From contig CAMJXE010000004.1 of assembly GCA_946409645.1 (NCBI GenBank), positions 11,420 to 75,419 of the forward strand: a DNA stretch of 64,000 bases, read 5' to 3'. The notes below the pieces were generated by a model, which was not told the origin of the DNA, did not search any database, and saw only the letters and a program-made list of their open reading frames with translations. Position numbers and translations under genes: made by a program. This DNA comes from an uncultured Bacteroidales bacterium. Its GTDB lineage: Bacteria > Bacteroidota > Bacteroidia > Bacteroidales > WCHB1-69. Numbering within the stretch: the stretch's first letter is position 1; the number at the start of each line of letters is the position of its first letter. Shown in pieces: positions 36,801-46,190 of the stretch.

Positions 36801-38610
36801 TATTGCAGCGGCATTGTTGGCTACCGGAATGTATATGGGCGAAAGCAATGAGGCAGCACATAAGGATGGATATGCCTTGTCCAGCATCATTAACAGCCGT
36901 ATCAATGCGGCTATGGCTAATTCCAAGGTGGGAAAGGTAATCGATATTGATGTCAGTAGCGGACAAACCGTGCATGCGTCTGGCAAAACCAATGACATGA
37001 ATATCGCCATCAGCAAAACCCTGTTTGACGATAGGCTGCGCATCACGGTCGGCTCTACCATCTCTGACAATCCAGAGGTCAATAAAGCCAATGGATTGCT
37101 CAGTCGTATTTCCGCAGACTATAAACTGACGAAATCAGGGAATGCATTTCTCCGGATGTTCTCCCAGCGCGATTATGACAACATCTTTGAAGGTGAACTC
37201 ACTAAATCTGGTATAGGTTCGGGAGTTACCAAGCAATGGAAACGCAACCAATTCTTACAATCTTTGGGCGATTCTATCACACGTACATACAGCTTCACGG
37301 CGGATGCGGATGTGGCCTATCGTTCCAACAACAGTATCGGCCCTAACATCACTCTATCCCATTCGATGAAGAACCTCTTGGGACGTGGGGAGACATTCTT
37401 GGTCAAAGGCTATGGAGCATACTATTGGTCGCTACGCGAACGACATCCTGAGGATCCGAAAACATCCAACACCTACAAATTCGGTATCGATGCCGCGCTC
37501 ATCTTTCCGTATCTGCACTGGGTGGGAAACAACAATCCCGATGGCGATACCCGCTACCGAATCGGATACAAATATGAGAACATAGCAGGTGGATACGGTG
37601 TTCACAAGTTTTCCGGAGCCTTCTCGTATTTCATCCGTTCGTCTCGTTATATCACGCATGTCTTCACCCCCGCCTCGCTCTCTGTGGTTAGAGTGAAGGC
37701 CGAATCGCCGGAACTGATTAATGAAGCCGTCAATCGTCCGGAACTCCTAAAACTGCTTTACGGAAACGAGTTTATTCCCTCCATCGGCTATGGAATCACC
37801 TATAGTGATTACCGCACCAAACGGCGGGTCAACACCATGATTGACTTTGAAATCAAAGAAGCGGGTAACCTGACTAACGCCATCTATTGCATCTTTGGAC
37901 ACAAATGGTCTGAGCATGACAAACCGATTGGCAAAATCCCATATAACCAGTTCGTCAGGTTGACGGCCGAGCTGTGGAATAAGTTCAACCTGACAGATCG
38001 GATATGCATCGCAACGCGTCTTTTCGCAGGTGCTAATATTCCGTTGGGGAACTCCTTCGAATCTGCTCCCCTTTCAGAAGCCTTTTATGCCGGTGGCCCT
38101 AACAGTTTACGCGCGTCCGAGCCCTACGCCTACGGACCAGGAAATTTCCATAGCACCAAATATAACCAGAACTTTTTCCATGCCGGTGATGTAAAACTCG
38201 AAGCCAACATCGAGTTACGCTTCCCTCTCGTTTGGAAACTCTATGGCGCCGTTTTCCTCGATGCCGGCAACGTATGGAACTGGTATAACGTCTCCGACAT
38301 CCTTAGCAGCGAAGAATATGCGTTGTTCGTCGAAAGAATGGGAATAACTGAAGAACTGCAAAATGGAATTATCGGGAATCCCAATATCGCGAAACAGATA
38401 GCTTTAGGTACAGGCGCAGGAATCCGCCTCGACATCGACGGACTCGTTATTCGCTTGGACTTAGGTGTCGGCATCCACGCACCTTACCAGACCTACAAAT
38501 ACACCAAGGAAGGCACTCAAGATCTCACACGGCCAATCAACACCTATTACAACATGCCTTCTGTACTGGATGGCCTGCGCTTCAACTTCAGCATAGGATA
38601 TCCGTTCTGA
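33805..38610 (+). CDS. TamB/AsmA-like protein fused to a C-terminal Omp85 (TamA/BamA-type) beta-barrel
   Basis: N-terminal TM anchor; beta-rich body; TamB-type end LFDDRLRITVG...ADYKLT...FEGELTKSG; then KNLLGRGE, FYAGGPNSLR, GDVKLEANIELRF, FLDAGNVW, GTGAGIRLD, SIGYPF. Confidence 0.85.
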   Translation: MSKKSLLWKIPCILLGVIMGMVLLLLITVTVILVSPKARTAVLQKCVTEINELTDLDVDLGRLYLSPFHHSPMILYRAYKGVEELPIHIEIDSLYIGHRGQDTLIYVHGLRLQGCMKKPGTGVPKDDFLARTIVVDQLLLDQTTLHSDTLIEAVGIDAIVKHLHVKSPGLNIAKGDYPLHGLKLADAFVGIALRDTESDTDDTTSTPMAFEIPDGELSNVRFVLNPRGLDLRAGSLTTNVLADVGGDLYDVRRLNIGNASLTLGTLHLPFDTIYGDALVDLNTDLINSNQLHVRSDSFGAKADLMATTLNMETMRVDLVGNADYQGNRATLSGFYDIDDEIYDLLVNVEQVNLSPFLKDSTHVELAGEIHAQGKGIDPHSPAMKCKVAMNLPHCVYNQINVSGLILDAELADKTVAGNLHLPVNMTDRDLKLTAETKHRFRISDFFSVDRINVDYHSQMKNVIAKVAGENYDIDYLDLDFTTDSTTSLNLATQGLSIEAQSPMHLLRLVDVVQPLLGLVSDTTFIKSITSLQDLTMLDTLHRLIPDLKADIVLEQGSPIQAIIERNGLNINELNMSLTSDSLLSELILDASIPYIDHSDNDSAGLHLPAAAAAMKVSMTEGKTTVSLNANTSITDGVMNVNGLCTDAALQLYLERNGRDLNGTGHLALDSLFYDEMDLGNRTADIWIAPSKLYENAIRADLRLDDIPLELVNNILNMEDIDLDGIVQAKASADGLPAQVDLSAEVRPLDVTALYKPYDVRFNLGETPIMMEHNNVKLKDVHIYSADGSYLSLNGGLDLNTMLLDVDLAADNFAPVKLEQNGAFPVYGDLATDVRGKVSGPLDSIHADVDVTILPTTDLTYPIDEKNLAQFKPYGTVNLQYNTTGGALKYGGTIHVDEGLVRFSPKLYPMIPFHVDSGSTVTLNGPLGQTILNLSASQQVKADVQSAGEETRRVTFNTGVRVKGILDSVGLTAIGFFLEAPDDEIITRELASMDEDTREGIAAALLATGMYMGESNEAAHKDGYALSSIINSRINAAMANSKVGKVIDIDVSSGQTVHASGKTNDMNIAISKTLFDDRLRITVGSTISDNPEVNKANGLLSRISADYKLTKSGNAFLRMFSQRDYDNIFEGELTKSGIGSGVTKQWKRNQFLQSLGDSITRTYSFTADADVAYRSNNSIGPNITLSHSMKNLLGRGETFLVKGYGAYYWSLRERHPEDPKTSNTYKFGIDAALIFPYLHWVGNNNPDGDTRYRIGYKYENIAGGYGVHKFSGAFSYFIRSSRYITHVFTPASLSVVRVKAESPELINEAVNRPELLKLLYGNEFIPSIGYGITYSDYRTKRRVNTMIDFEIKEAGNLTNAIYCIFGHKWSEHDKPIGKIPYNQFVRLTAELWNKFNLTDRICIATRLFAGANIPLGNSFESAPLSEAFYAGGPNSLRASEPYAYGPGNFHSTKYNQNFFHAGDVKLEANIELRFPLVWKLYGAVFLDAGNVWNWYNVSDILSSEEYALFVERMGITEELQNGIIGNPNIAKQIALGTGAGIRLDIDGLVIRLDLGVGIHAPYQTYKYTKEGTQDLTRPINTYYNMPSVLDGLRFNFSIGYPF

Positions 38611-38633
38611 TGGAAAACATCAGAAGTCACCAG

Positions 38634-39290
38634 CTAACGTTGTTTTAATTTCTGAATCGTTTCTTCTGGGTTTTCGGATTTGAAAACAGCGTTGCCAGCC
38701 ACCACCGCATCGGCCCCGGCATTGATAATATCTTTCATGTTATCCACATTCACACCTCCATCCACTTCGATGAGCGCATTCGAATTGTTGCGTTCTATCA
38801 TCTTGCGTAGTTCGCTAATGCGATGCAACGAGCGAGAAATAAATTTCTGTCCGCCAAAACCAGGATTAACAGACATAATCAACACCAAATCAAGATCTTG
38901 TATCACATCTTCCAAGCTTGAAACCGGTGTATGGGGATTCAACGCCACACCAGCTAACATATCATTCTCCTTGATTTGAGCAATGGTACGGTGTAAATGT
39001 GTACAAGCCTCCCAATGCACTGTAAGCAAATCACAACCAATCTCTTTGAAAACCTGAATATAACGTTCTGGTTGCACAATCATCAAATGCGTGTCCAATG
39101 GCTTCTCTGCCAATTGTCGCACGGCTTTGATTACTGGCATTCCAAACGAGATGTTCGGGACAAAGACACCGTCCATCACATCCAAATGAATCCAGTCGGC
39201 CTCTGAACGGTTCAACATCTGAATTTCCTCTCCCAAGCGGTTAAAATTAGCTGACAACAGGGATGGGGCAATAATCGGTTTCACACACAT
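38634..39290 (-). CDS. rpe: Ribulose-phosphate 3-epimerase
   Basis: IAPSLLSA, IHLDVMDGVFVPN, MSVNPGFGGQ, IEVDGG; ATG 39290. Confidence 0.97.
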   Translation of the reverse strand: MCVKPIIAPSLLSANFNRLGEEIQMLNRSEADWIHLDVMDGVFVPNISFGMPVIKAVRQLAEKPLDTHLMIVQPERYIQVFKEIGCDLLTVHWEACTHLHRTIAQIKENDMLAGVALNPHTPVSSLEDVIQDLDLVLIMSVNPGFGGQKFISRSLHRISELRKMIERNNSNALIEVDGGVNVDNMKDIINAGADAVVAGNAVFKSENPEETIQKLKQR

Positions 39291-39340
39291 TTCTTTAAAT
39301 ATATTTTTAGACCACAATAATAACAAATGTTCAAATATTA

Positions 39341-41470
39341 TCACATTTTAATCTCTAACTCCTGATCCCCGTATCGGAAGATGAAAATGCCTCCCAAATG
39401 CTCAAACCGCTGCCGTTCCTCCACGAATGTCTGGAAAAACTCATCATCAATTGTAAATGATACGTATGCGGATTTTCCTGCCGGAATATAAACGCGCTCG
39501 AAGCCCACGAGTGTTTTCTGAAGCCCTCCTTTATCCCCTTTGTTGGTCAGGTAAAGTTGCGCCACCTCTTCGCCATCACGCTCGCCAGTATTCTCGATTC
39601 GGAAGATGAATTTGCGCGTTCGCGGGTCGTATTTTCCATCCGTATGTTTGAAATCGGTATAGCTCAAGCCATAACCAAAAGGATATAGCGGACTCTCTGT
39701 CATGAAGCGATAAGTGCGACCTTTCATTTCATAGTTTTCGAACAGTGGTAACGAATTCTTTGAACTGTAAAACGTTACAGGCAATTTTCCACTGGGGTTC
39801 ACTTTACCGAAAAGCACATTAGCCGTTGCCGTTCCTGCCGCCTGACCGCCATACCAAGCCGCCAATATCGCATCTGTATTCTTATCCTCCCAATCCAACG
39901 CCACAGCACCGCCAGAACAGAGCACAAAGACAATTGGTTTACCCATTTTCTTTATCTTTGACATCATATCTCTCTGAACCTGAGGCAATTCGATAGAAGT
40001 TCTATCGCCGCCATGAAAACCTTCCAATTCCACCTTCAACTCTTCTCCTTCCAAATCTGGAGAGAGGCCGCCTACAAAAATCACCAAATCGCACTTGGCG
40101 ATTCGCTGGTCAAAATCACGTGGCAATCGATATTTTCTGTCCACGTGATGACATGCCGTATCAAAATATACTTTAGGACGAATATTAGTAGGTAACTGAT
40201 TGATATAATTTACGATACCTTCCTTTATTGTGACGGCATGACGAGGTGTTCCGTTGTAATTTCCGCACAACATGACCGAATCCCCGGCATTGGGTCCAAT
40301 GATGGCGATGCTTTTGTATTTTTCGGGTTGCAACGGCAAAATCGAATTGCGATTTTGGAGCAAAACAATGCTTTTTTGCGCCACTTCAAGTGCCATTTTT
40401 TCAAACGCCACTGTGTCGGGGATGTTTTGGAAAGGTTGTTCATTATCGAACATGCCTAATGAGAAGCGAGCTTTCAAAACCTTAAACACATGTTTGTCAA
40501 TAACTTCTATAGGAATTAGGCCTTGCTTAACAGCCTCCTTCAAGGCATCTTGTCCGCTCCCGCATTCCAAATCGACCACAGAGCCGAACGCAGCAGCGGC
40601 CGCTTCGGACGCGGTGGCGTGCGTCTTGTGCCGAGGAATCACCGTGTCACGCTCCCAGCAGTCGTTCAACGCCCAACAATCCGTAACGAACAATCCGTCG
40701 TAACTCCAACGATTGCTTAAGATATCCACCAACAGATTCTCGTTAGTACAGCAGGGCACCCCATTCAATCGGTTGTAGCCGCACATCACCATGGCCACAT
40801 CCGTATTGCCCACAATGTATTGAAATGCAGGTAGATATGTTGTCCAAAAATCGTATCCTCCCACCTTTGCATCAAAGGAATGGCGAATGGCCTCCGGACC
40901 GCTATGCACTGCGAAATGCTTCACGCAGGCCAATGTTTTGTAACGTCCATTCTCCTTCTGCTGCAGTCCATTTACGCACGCAGCACCCATACGGGCGGTC
41001 AAATACGGATCTTCGCCGTAGGTCTCCATTCCCCTACCCCAGCGCGGATCACGGAAAATATTGATATTCGGCGCGAAAAAGGTAAGCCCCGTATTGTCGT
41101 CATGCCTTCCTGCTTTTTGCGAACGATAATATTTCATCCGCGCCTCTTCAGCAACCATGGAAAACATATTCTCTACCAATTTCGCATCGAAAGTGGCAGC
41201 CAATGCCGTGGGCATAGGATAGACCGTGGCATAACCGTTCCGAGCAACCCCATGCAACGCTTCGTTCCACCAACTGTATGCCGGAATCCCCAAACGCTCA
41301 ATCGCAGGATTACGATGCTCCATCATGCCTAATTTCTCATCCAATGTGAGCTGATTTAGAAGCAGTTGCGCTCTTTCATCATCGGAAAGTTTCGAGTTGC
41401 GGAAATCCTGCTGAGCTGTCGCAAAAATGACGAAAAGGACACCTATAATGCTGACGAATAATTCTTTCAT
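39341..41470 (-). CDS. Glycoside hydrolase family 3 (beta-glucosidase/xylosidase) with Fn3-like domain
   Basis: WWNEALHG, NIFRDPRWGRGMETYGEDP, KHFAVH, VTDC, WYGGQ, GYGLSYT. Confidence 0.93.
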   Translation of the reverse strand: MKELFVSIIGVLFVIFATAQQDFRNSKLSDDERAQLLLNQLTLDEKLGMMEHRNPAIERLGIPAYSWWNEALHGVARNGYATVYPMPTALAATFDAKLVENMFSMVAEEARMKYYRSQKAGRHDDNTGLTFFAPNINIFRDPRWGRGMETYGEDPYLTARMGAACVNGLQQKENGRYKTLACVKHFAVHSGPEAIRHSFDAKVGGYDFWTTYLPAFQYIVGNTDVAMVMCGYNRLNGVPCCTNENLLVDILSNRWSYDGLFVTDCWALNDCWERDTVIPRHKTHATASEAAAAAFGSVVDLECGSGQDALKEAVKQGLIPIEVIDKHVFKVLKARFSLGMFDNEQPFQNIPDTVAFEKMALEVAQKSIVLLQNRNSILPLQPEKYKSIAIIGPNAGDSVMLCGNYNGTPRHAVTIKEGIVNYINQLPTNIRPKVYFDTACHHVDRKYRLPRDFDQRIAKCDLVIFVGGLSPDLEGEELKVELEGFHGGDRTSIELPQVQRDMMSKIKKMGKPIVFVLCSGGAVALDWEDKNTDAILAAWYGGQAAGTATANVLFGKVNPSGKLPVTFYSSKNSLPLFENYEMKGRTYRFMTESPLYPFGYGLSYTDFKHTDGKYDPRTRKFIFRIENTGERDGEEVAQLYLTNKGDKGGLQKTLVGFERVYIPAGKSAYVSFTIDDEFFQTFVEERQRFEHLGGIFIFRYGDQELEIKM

Positions 41471-41499
41471 ATCGTTATTAATCTATTATTTTTGCTTTT

Positions 41500-41516
41500 T
41501 AGAGACGCTTCTCTAC
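41500..41516. repeat. Internally deleted REP-like copy
   Basis: tagagacgc-tt-ctctac. Confidence 0.45.
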
Positions 41517-41529
41517 AATGCATTCAATA

Positions 41530-43281
41530 TTATTGAATTATCAGTTTTTTCGTGATAAATTGTCTATTATGTTGGAAATGAAGCAAATACATTCCCTTTT
41601 TAAGATGATTCGTGTTGATGTTCTGATTTCCAGGGGTGGCCATGCCGCTCATCACCATCTTTCCGTCAGCAGTAAGCATTGTCCAAGCAAATTCCTCTTC
41701 TGTCGGATTGTCTATCGTGAAATAACCTTGCGTAACCGGATTCGGAGTTAGGTTAATTTTCGTTAATTCGTTCTCGGGAACATCACCTCCAATAATGACA
41801 TGTACCACGTAAGTGCGGGTAGATTGATGGGGTGTAGCAGCTGTATAGAGCACATTATAATTAATATAATCACCCAAAAAGTCCTGAGCTTCAGCCTCGT
41901 CAGGTGTGACAGTCACATACAAAGGTTTGGTAATGGTCGGATAAATATGCCTCAAATCAGGAATCACGCATCCCACATAAAAGAATATAGAATCATCATC
42001 CGTGATTTCGCCAAACATGTCCCCATAGGTAGAAAGTGCCTCTGGATTGTTTTCCATAAGAAAGTCAAAACCCATAATTTCGGGCTCTATCACATATATT
42101 GGCTGGAAACTGACTAATCCGTACGACGGGTTATCCACTTGATGGAAAATCACCGCCTCGGCAGCCGCTTCATTGTCGCAACCCCAATAGTTGCCCACGG
42201 CATTCATATTGCTGTTGGCATTGTTATACAACTCGTAATCAACTCCGCCATTTCCGTTGTTATACAACACGTTATAGCCAGGATCCTCCGTCGTGCCCAT
42301 ATCCACATGATGATAATAAATCGCCGTAACACCCCAAAGGTTACCCGTGATGAGATTATGGCGCAGCTTAGCAGCACACGTCGTGTCATAACCATAAATA
42401 CTGATTCCACTGCCGCCATTGTTTGGCGCAACCTCTAAATCATTGTCAACAAATTGGTTATTGGTGATTATAGAGGAAATACGGTAGCCATTTTGCGTGT
42501 AACCGTAGCGGTTGTGTGTAATGACATTGCCTTTTACGACGACATTTGTGACACCCGTATTATACAGGTTCATAATAGCAATTCCGCCCGACATGTTGCT
42601 GGCCACACCCTCAATGCGGTTGTCAATAATGCGAATCGTGTCTGTTGTGCCTGGACCGATATTGATTTGCGGGGTGTTGGCATTATCTAATACATTGTTA
42701 TAGAATACATTATTGATAATTGTTGGACAGCCGTCGGTATTCACGGCAGACTGGATCGCACATGCTTGATTGTCGTGAAAATAGCTGTTTTCAATCACGG
42801 GATGACAGTTCATATAACTAATCACGTGATTGGAAAAATGGTCAAACTCACAGGAAGAAATCCTTACCGCGCTATTTATCAACATAATACGTTGACAGTA
42901 TTGAACGTGTATATTAGACAAGAAACAGGAATCAGCATCTTCGAAGCGCAGTTCGAAAAAATTACTTTGCGTGTAATCTCCTTGGATGAGCAGCGGTTGC
43001 GTGCGTTCTTGTGTCAACAATGCACCGGAAATGGTAATAGTCACACCATTATCCACCAAAACAGCAACATCGTCGGCCTCAAGAAGCAGGGTGTCATTAG
43101 CCTCAAGAGTCACATTTTGTGTAATTCTAAAAAGGTGAGGTGAAATGATCTGAACAGAATTTGGCATGATTCCCGCAAGCGATGTTAACGTGTACTGCCC
43201 CCCAAGCGTAACATTGGTTGGATTTGCAATCACTTGATTTCCAAATACTAATGCCATCAATACGTAGAAAATTTTTTTCAT
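41530..43281 (-). CDS. T9SS-secreted protein with right-handed parallel beta-helix
   Basis: Signal peptide; Asn-rich I.NN repeats; PNPV...LKKGMYLL...KKLIIQ CTD. Confidence 0.85.
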   Translation of the reverse strand: MKKIFYVLMALVFGNQVIANPTNVTLGGQYTLTSLAGIMPNSVQIISPHLFRITQNVTLEANDTLLLEADDVAVLVDNGVTITISGALLTQERTQPLLIQGDYTQSNFFELRFEDADSCFLSNIHVQYCQRIMLINSAVRISSCEFDHFSNHVISYMNCHPVIENSYFHDNQACAIQSAVNTDGCPTIINNVFYNNVLDNANTPQINIGPGTTDTIRIIDNRIEGVASNMSGGIAIMNLYNTGVTNVVVKGNVITHNRYGYTQNGYRISSIITNNQFVDNDLEVAPNNGGSGISIYGYDTTCAAKLRHNLITGNLWGVTAIYYHHVDMGTTEDPGYNVLYNNGNGGVDYELYNNANSNMNAVGNYWGCDNEAAAEAVIFHQVDNPSYGLVSFQPIYVIEPEIMGFDFLMENNPEALSTYGDMFGEITDDDSIFFYVGCVIPDLRHIYPTITKPLYVTVTPDEAEAQDFLGDYINYNVLYTAATPHQSTRTYVVHVIIGGDVPENELTKINLTPNPVTQGYFTIDNPTEEEFAWTMLTADGKMVMSGMATPGNQNINTNHLKKGMYLLHFQHNRQFITKKLIIQ

Positions 43282-43432
43282 ATTTCCCTATTTTTTGAAT
43301 TGGCAAATGTACTAAAAATGAGGGAATTCCACTTCAATGAAGGCATAAAAAAAATGTCGGGTGGCGATCGCCCTCGAAATATGAGAAAACACAACATATT
43401 GCATTGGTTTTACAAAAGCAACTTATAGATAA

Positions 43433-44191
43433 TTAACGGGACAACATCTCCATAAATGCCTTTTTGAAAGACCTTGACAACTCGAAATGTGTGTTCTTGT
43501 CAATGATAACCCTGTTTTTGACCACTTTCTTTACCTTATCCAAGTTCACCACAACGGATTTATTGATTTTTTGAAACTTCGACTTCGGGAACTTGGCATA
43601 AAACATTTTCAAATTACTGCGGAAATATTTCCGTTCACCATCCTCAAATACCACACACACTTGGTTTCCGACCTTAGTGAAATAGGATACCTCGTCGAAA
43701 ACAATACGAATCGTCTCATCGTTGCGAGTTCCATGGATGAAGACCGATTTAGCCGCAGGCTCCTCTGAATTGTAGAGCACATTATCTTCCTCTACTTTCT
43801 GTAATACGCGTTGATCCACTTTGTTATAGGTTCCATAAATGTTAAGAATTTTACCCATAATGCTGTTCAAATCCTTCTTCTTGAATGGGGCACAAAAAAT
43901 TTCAAAAAACCCCATACTAAGATGTTGTTTCAATTTTTTTACACTAATTGAGTCGCAAAGTCCCACAACAAATGGAGGTTTTCTGACATCTCGAAGGACT
44001 TCAGCATACTCCATATCCAAGAAGAAAATAGTGGGCTGATGATTGTTTAAATACTCTATAGCCTCTGCCGCAGATTGACAAACGGATGCGACATTTAACG
44101 AGTAATAATTTGACAATAAGTCTTTTAACATCATTACCCTGACATCATCATGGGTAAGAATAACAACCTCAAAATTCATATTCACTTTCAT
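43433..44191 (-). CDS. LytTR-family response regulator
   Basis: Receiver-like N-terminus (FLDM); LytTR domain F.KINKS.VVN...LSRSFKK. Confidence 0.85.
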   Translation of the reverse strand: MKVNMNFEVVILTHDDVRVMMLKDLLSNYYSLNVASVCQSAAEAIEYLNNHQPTIFFLDMEYAEVLRDVRKPPFVVGLCDSISVKKLKQHLSMGFFEIFCAPFKKKDLNSIMGKILNIYGTYNKVDQRVLQKVEEDNVLYNSEEPAAKSVFIHGTRNDETIRIVFDEVSYFTKVGNQVCVVFEDGERKYFRSNLKMFYAKFPKSKFQKINKSVVVNLDKVKKVVKNRVIIDKNTHFELSRSFKKAFMEMLSR

Positions 44192-44480
44192 AATTATTTG
44201 CTTTTATATGTAAAAGTAAGTAATTTAATCATTAAAGATGCTTTCCAAAACAAAAAAAGTGACGAACAGCCACTTTTTGCATCTTTTTTTGACAATTTAT
44301 TAACAAAAAATGCCGTTATTTAAACAAAAATGACAATTTGCAATTTCTTGCAAAAATTTTGCAATATTTAGTAATAAATATCCATTTTTGCAACAAATCC
44401 GACTTATAAAAAGGTTGTGAGTACATTTTTATACTCATGTGAGTGTTGTGAATGAAAAAATCATCGAAAAAGAAATAATA

Positions 44481-45701
44481 TCAATTGATGGGATAAAATT
44501 TACGTAATGTTTGCTCTTCGTTAAATAAAAGCAATCTCAATGAATCCATTTGTTGAATGGACATTTGTTGGAATGACATTTCGGGCGTGAACCACCTCGG
44601 AACCCGCTGGGACATCCATTTCGTCATGTTCTGATAAAGAGCAACGGATTCCTCAACGCTATTTTGTTTGAATTTTGCACGCACGAATTGTAGAATACGT
44701 AAACCGTCCGCCTTTTGGTGAAACGCTTTTTTAAAATGCGGGAAATCGGACACGTTATTGCGAATGGTGTACCAAATATCCTCTTGATGGTTGTCTTTTT
44801 GCAAAAACGAAAGAAATTCATTGTCTTTTGGAGAGAAATTCCCATCGTAGAGGTCTTCGAGATGTTGATATGCTTCCCGTATCGGCACAAAACAACTATG
44901 AGGATAGAGGGGATAGCTCTCCCAAGTCCCACGTACACCAGCCCTCATAGCGGGACCTGTTCCGAAAGGGACTCTGTCGGAATACCGACCTGCCGGACGA
45001 ACATATTCTCTGTTAAAAAGACTTAATCCTCCCATTTTGCAGAATTTCTGCACCAAATAGAAATCCTCACCGCTCTGCAAGGGGGTTATGTTTCCGATTT
45101 TACGTAACGCGCTCACCCGCATCGCGATAGCAGACCCAAGAGCCGTAAATCCGTATGGACTATTGATTTTCAGTAAATTGATAGCATAATTTCGCATGTA
45201 AAGCTCATACCTCAACATAGCCCGTACACGTGTTTCATCATCTTGTTGCAATGGATGAAAATAGGGTACCGCCAATGCATTCATACGGGGATGGGTAGCG
45301 AAATTCTCGACCACAGACTCCAAATAGTGAGACCCCACCAAAGTGTCCGCATCCAAACTCACAATGATGTCATCTGAATCTGATTCGGACAATATTCTGT
45401 CAAACAATGCTTTACGCGCAAATCCAACACCTTGTTGTTTTCCCTTCCATCCTAAACCTAAAGAAGAGTAATCTAAAATATGTAGTGTTAAAAAATTATA
45501 ATTCTTCAAGTAAGCGATTAGCTGTTGGTTGCGCTGGCATATTAATAAAAGAGCCGGATCACTCCAGTATCGATCCGGCTGATTTACACACACATATACT
45601 TCAAATGGGGAAAAAGTCTCTTGTTTTGTAAGCGCATCCAACGTGGCCGGAAGATAATCCAGCTCGTCCATCGCAGGAATGGCAACCCGAATAGTCGGCA
45701 T
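44481..45701 (-). CDS. GT-A/GT2-like glycosyltransferase
   Basis: VAIPA, GVGFARK, SLDADT (DxD), GEDFY. Confidence 0.75.
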   Translation of the reverse strand: MPTIRVAIPAMDELDYLPATLDALTKQETFSPFEVYVCVNQPDRYWSDPALLLICQRNQQLIAYLKNYNFLTLHILDYSSLGLGWKGKQQGVGFARKALFDRILSESDSDDIIVSLDADTLVGSHYLESVVENFATHPRMNALAVPYFHPLQQDDETRVRAMLRYELYMRNYAINLLKINSPYGFTALGSAIAMRVSALRKIGNITPLQSGEDFYLVQKFCKMGGLSLFNREYVRPAGRYSDRVPFGTGPAMRAGVRGTWESYPLYPHSCFVPIREAYQHLEDLYDGNFSPKDNEFLSFLQKDNHQEDIWYTIRNNVSDFPHFKKAFHQKADGLRILQFVRAKFKQNSVEESVALYQNMTKWMSQRVPRWFTPEMSFQQMSIQQMDSLRLLLFNEEQTLRKFYPIN

Positions 45702-46079
45702 CTACTTGACAGTGATGGTTACGTCGCGAGTGCGCACCGCCTCGTTAACATTGTCGCGAGCATATACAAAGTGTAACGTTTGCGTTCCTTTCTTTTCCGC
45801 CTCGAATTTCCAATATCGGGTACTGGGAGCGCCTACCATGCCTTTAGGCGCATTGCTCGTGTATCGGTCACCAACACTTTTCACCACATTGATTTCATCT
45901 TCGTTGACCAATTGCCACCAATAACCCGTAGATGCGTTGGTGACGAACTGAATTTCGCAAGACTGGCCAACTTTAAGTTCAAATTCGTTCGTTTCTTTGT
46001 CGATAGAAACCAACTTTTGTTGCGTTCTGCAACCTACAAATAAGGATATCATCACACTAAAATAAAGGATTTTTTTCAT
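45702..46079 (-). CDS. Protease inhibitor I42 (chagasin-like) lipoprotein
   Basis: Lipobox FVGC; NASTGYWW, GMVGAP, W.F.A..KG...LHFVYAR. Confidence 0.88.
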   Translation of the reverse strand: MKKILYFSVMISLFVGCRTQQKLVSIDKETNEFELKVGQSCEIQFVTNASTGYWWQLVNEDEINVVKSVGDRYTSNAPKGMVGAPSTRYWKFEAEKKGTQTLHFVYARDNVNEAVRTRDVTITVK

Positions 46080-46190
46080 TTTTTCTACTTTTTTTAGTGG
46101 CAAAAATACAATTTTTATAGATAGACCTTTTTCTTCGATGAAAATTTAAGTACACAAGATTATTTTGCTTTTGGACTCGGAACCTTACAC

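Noticed and set aside
43363-43372. GGCGATCGCC (HIP1-like palindrome)
   Set aside because: Only one occurrence noticed, which is compatible with chance.
44290-44341. Possible 21-bp-period LytTR binding repeats upstream of the LytTR gene
   Set aside because: The match is weak and sits in very AT-rich sequence, so it cannot be separated from background.
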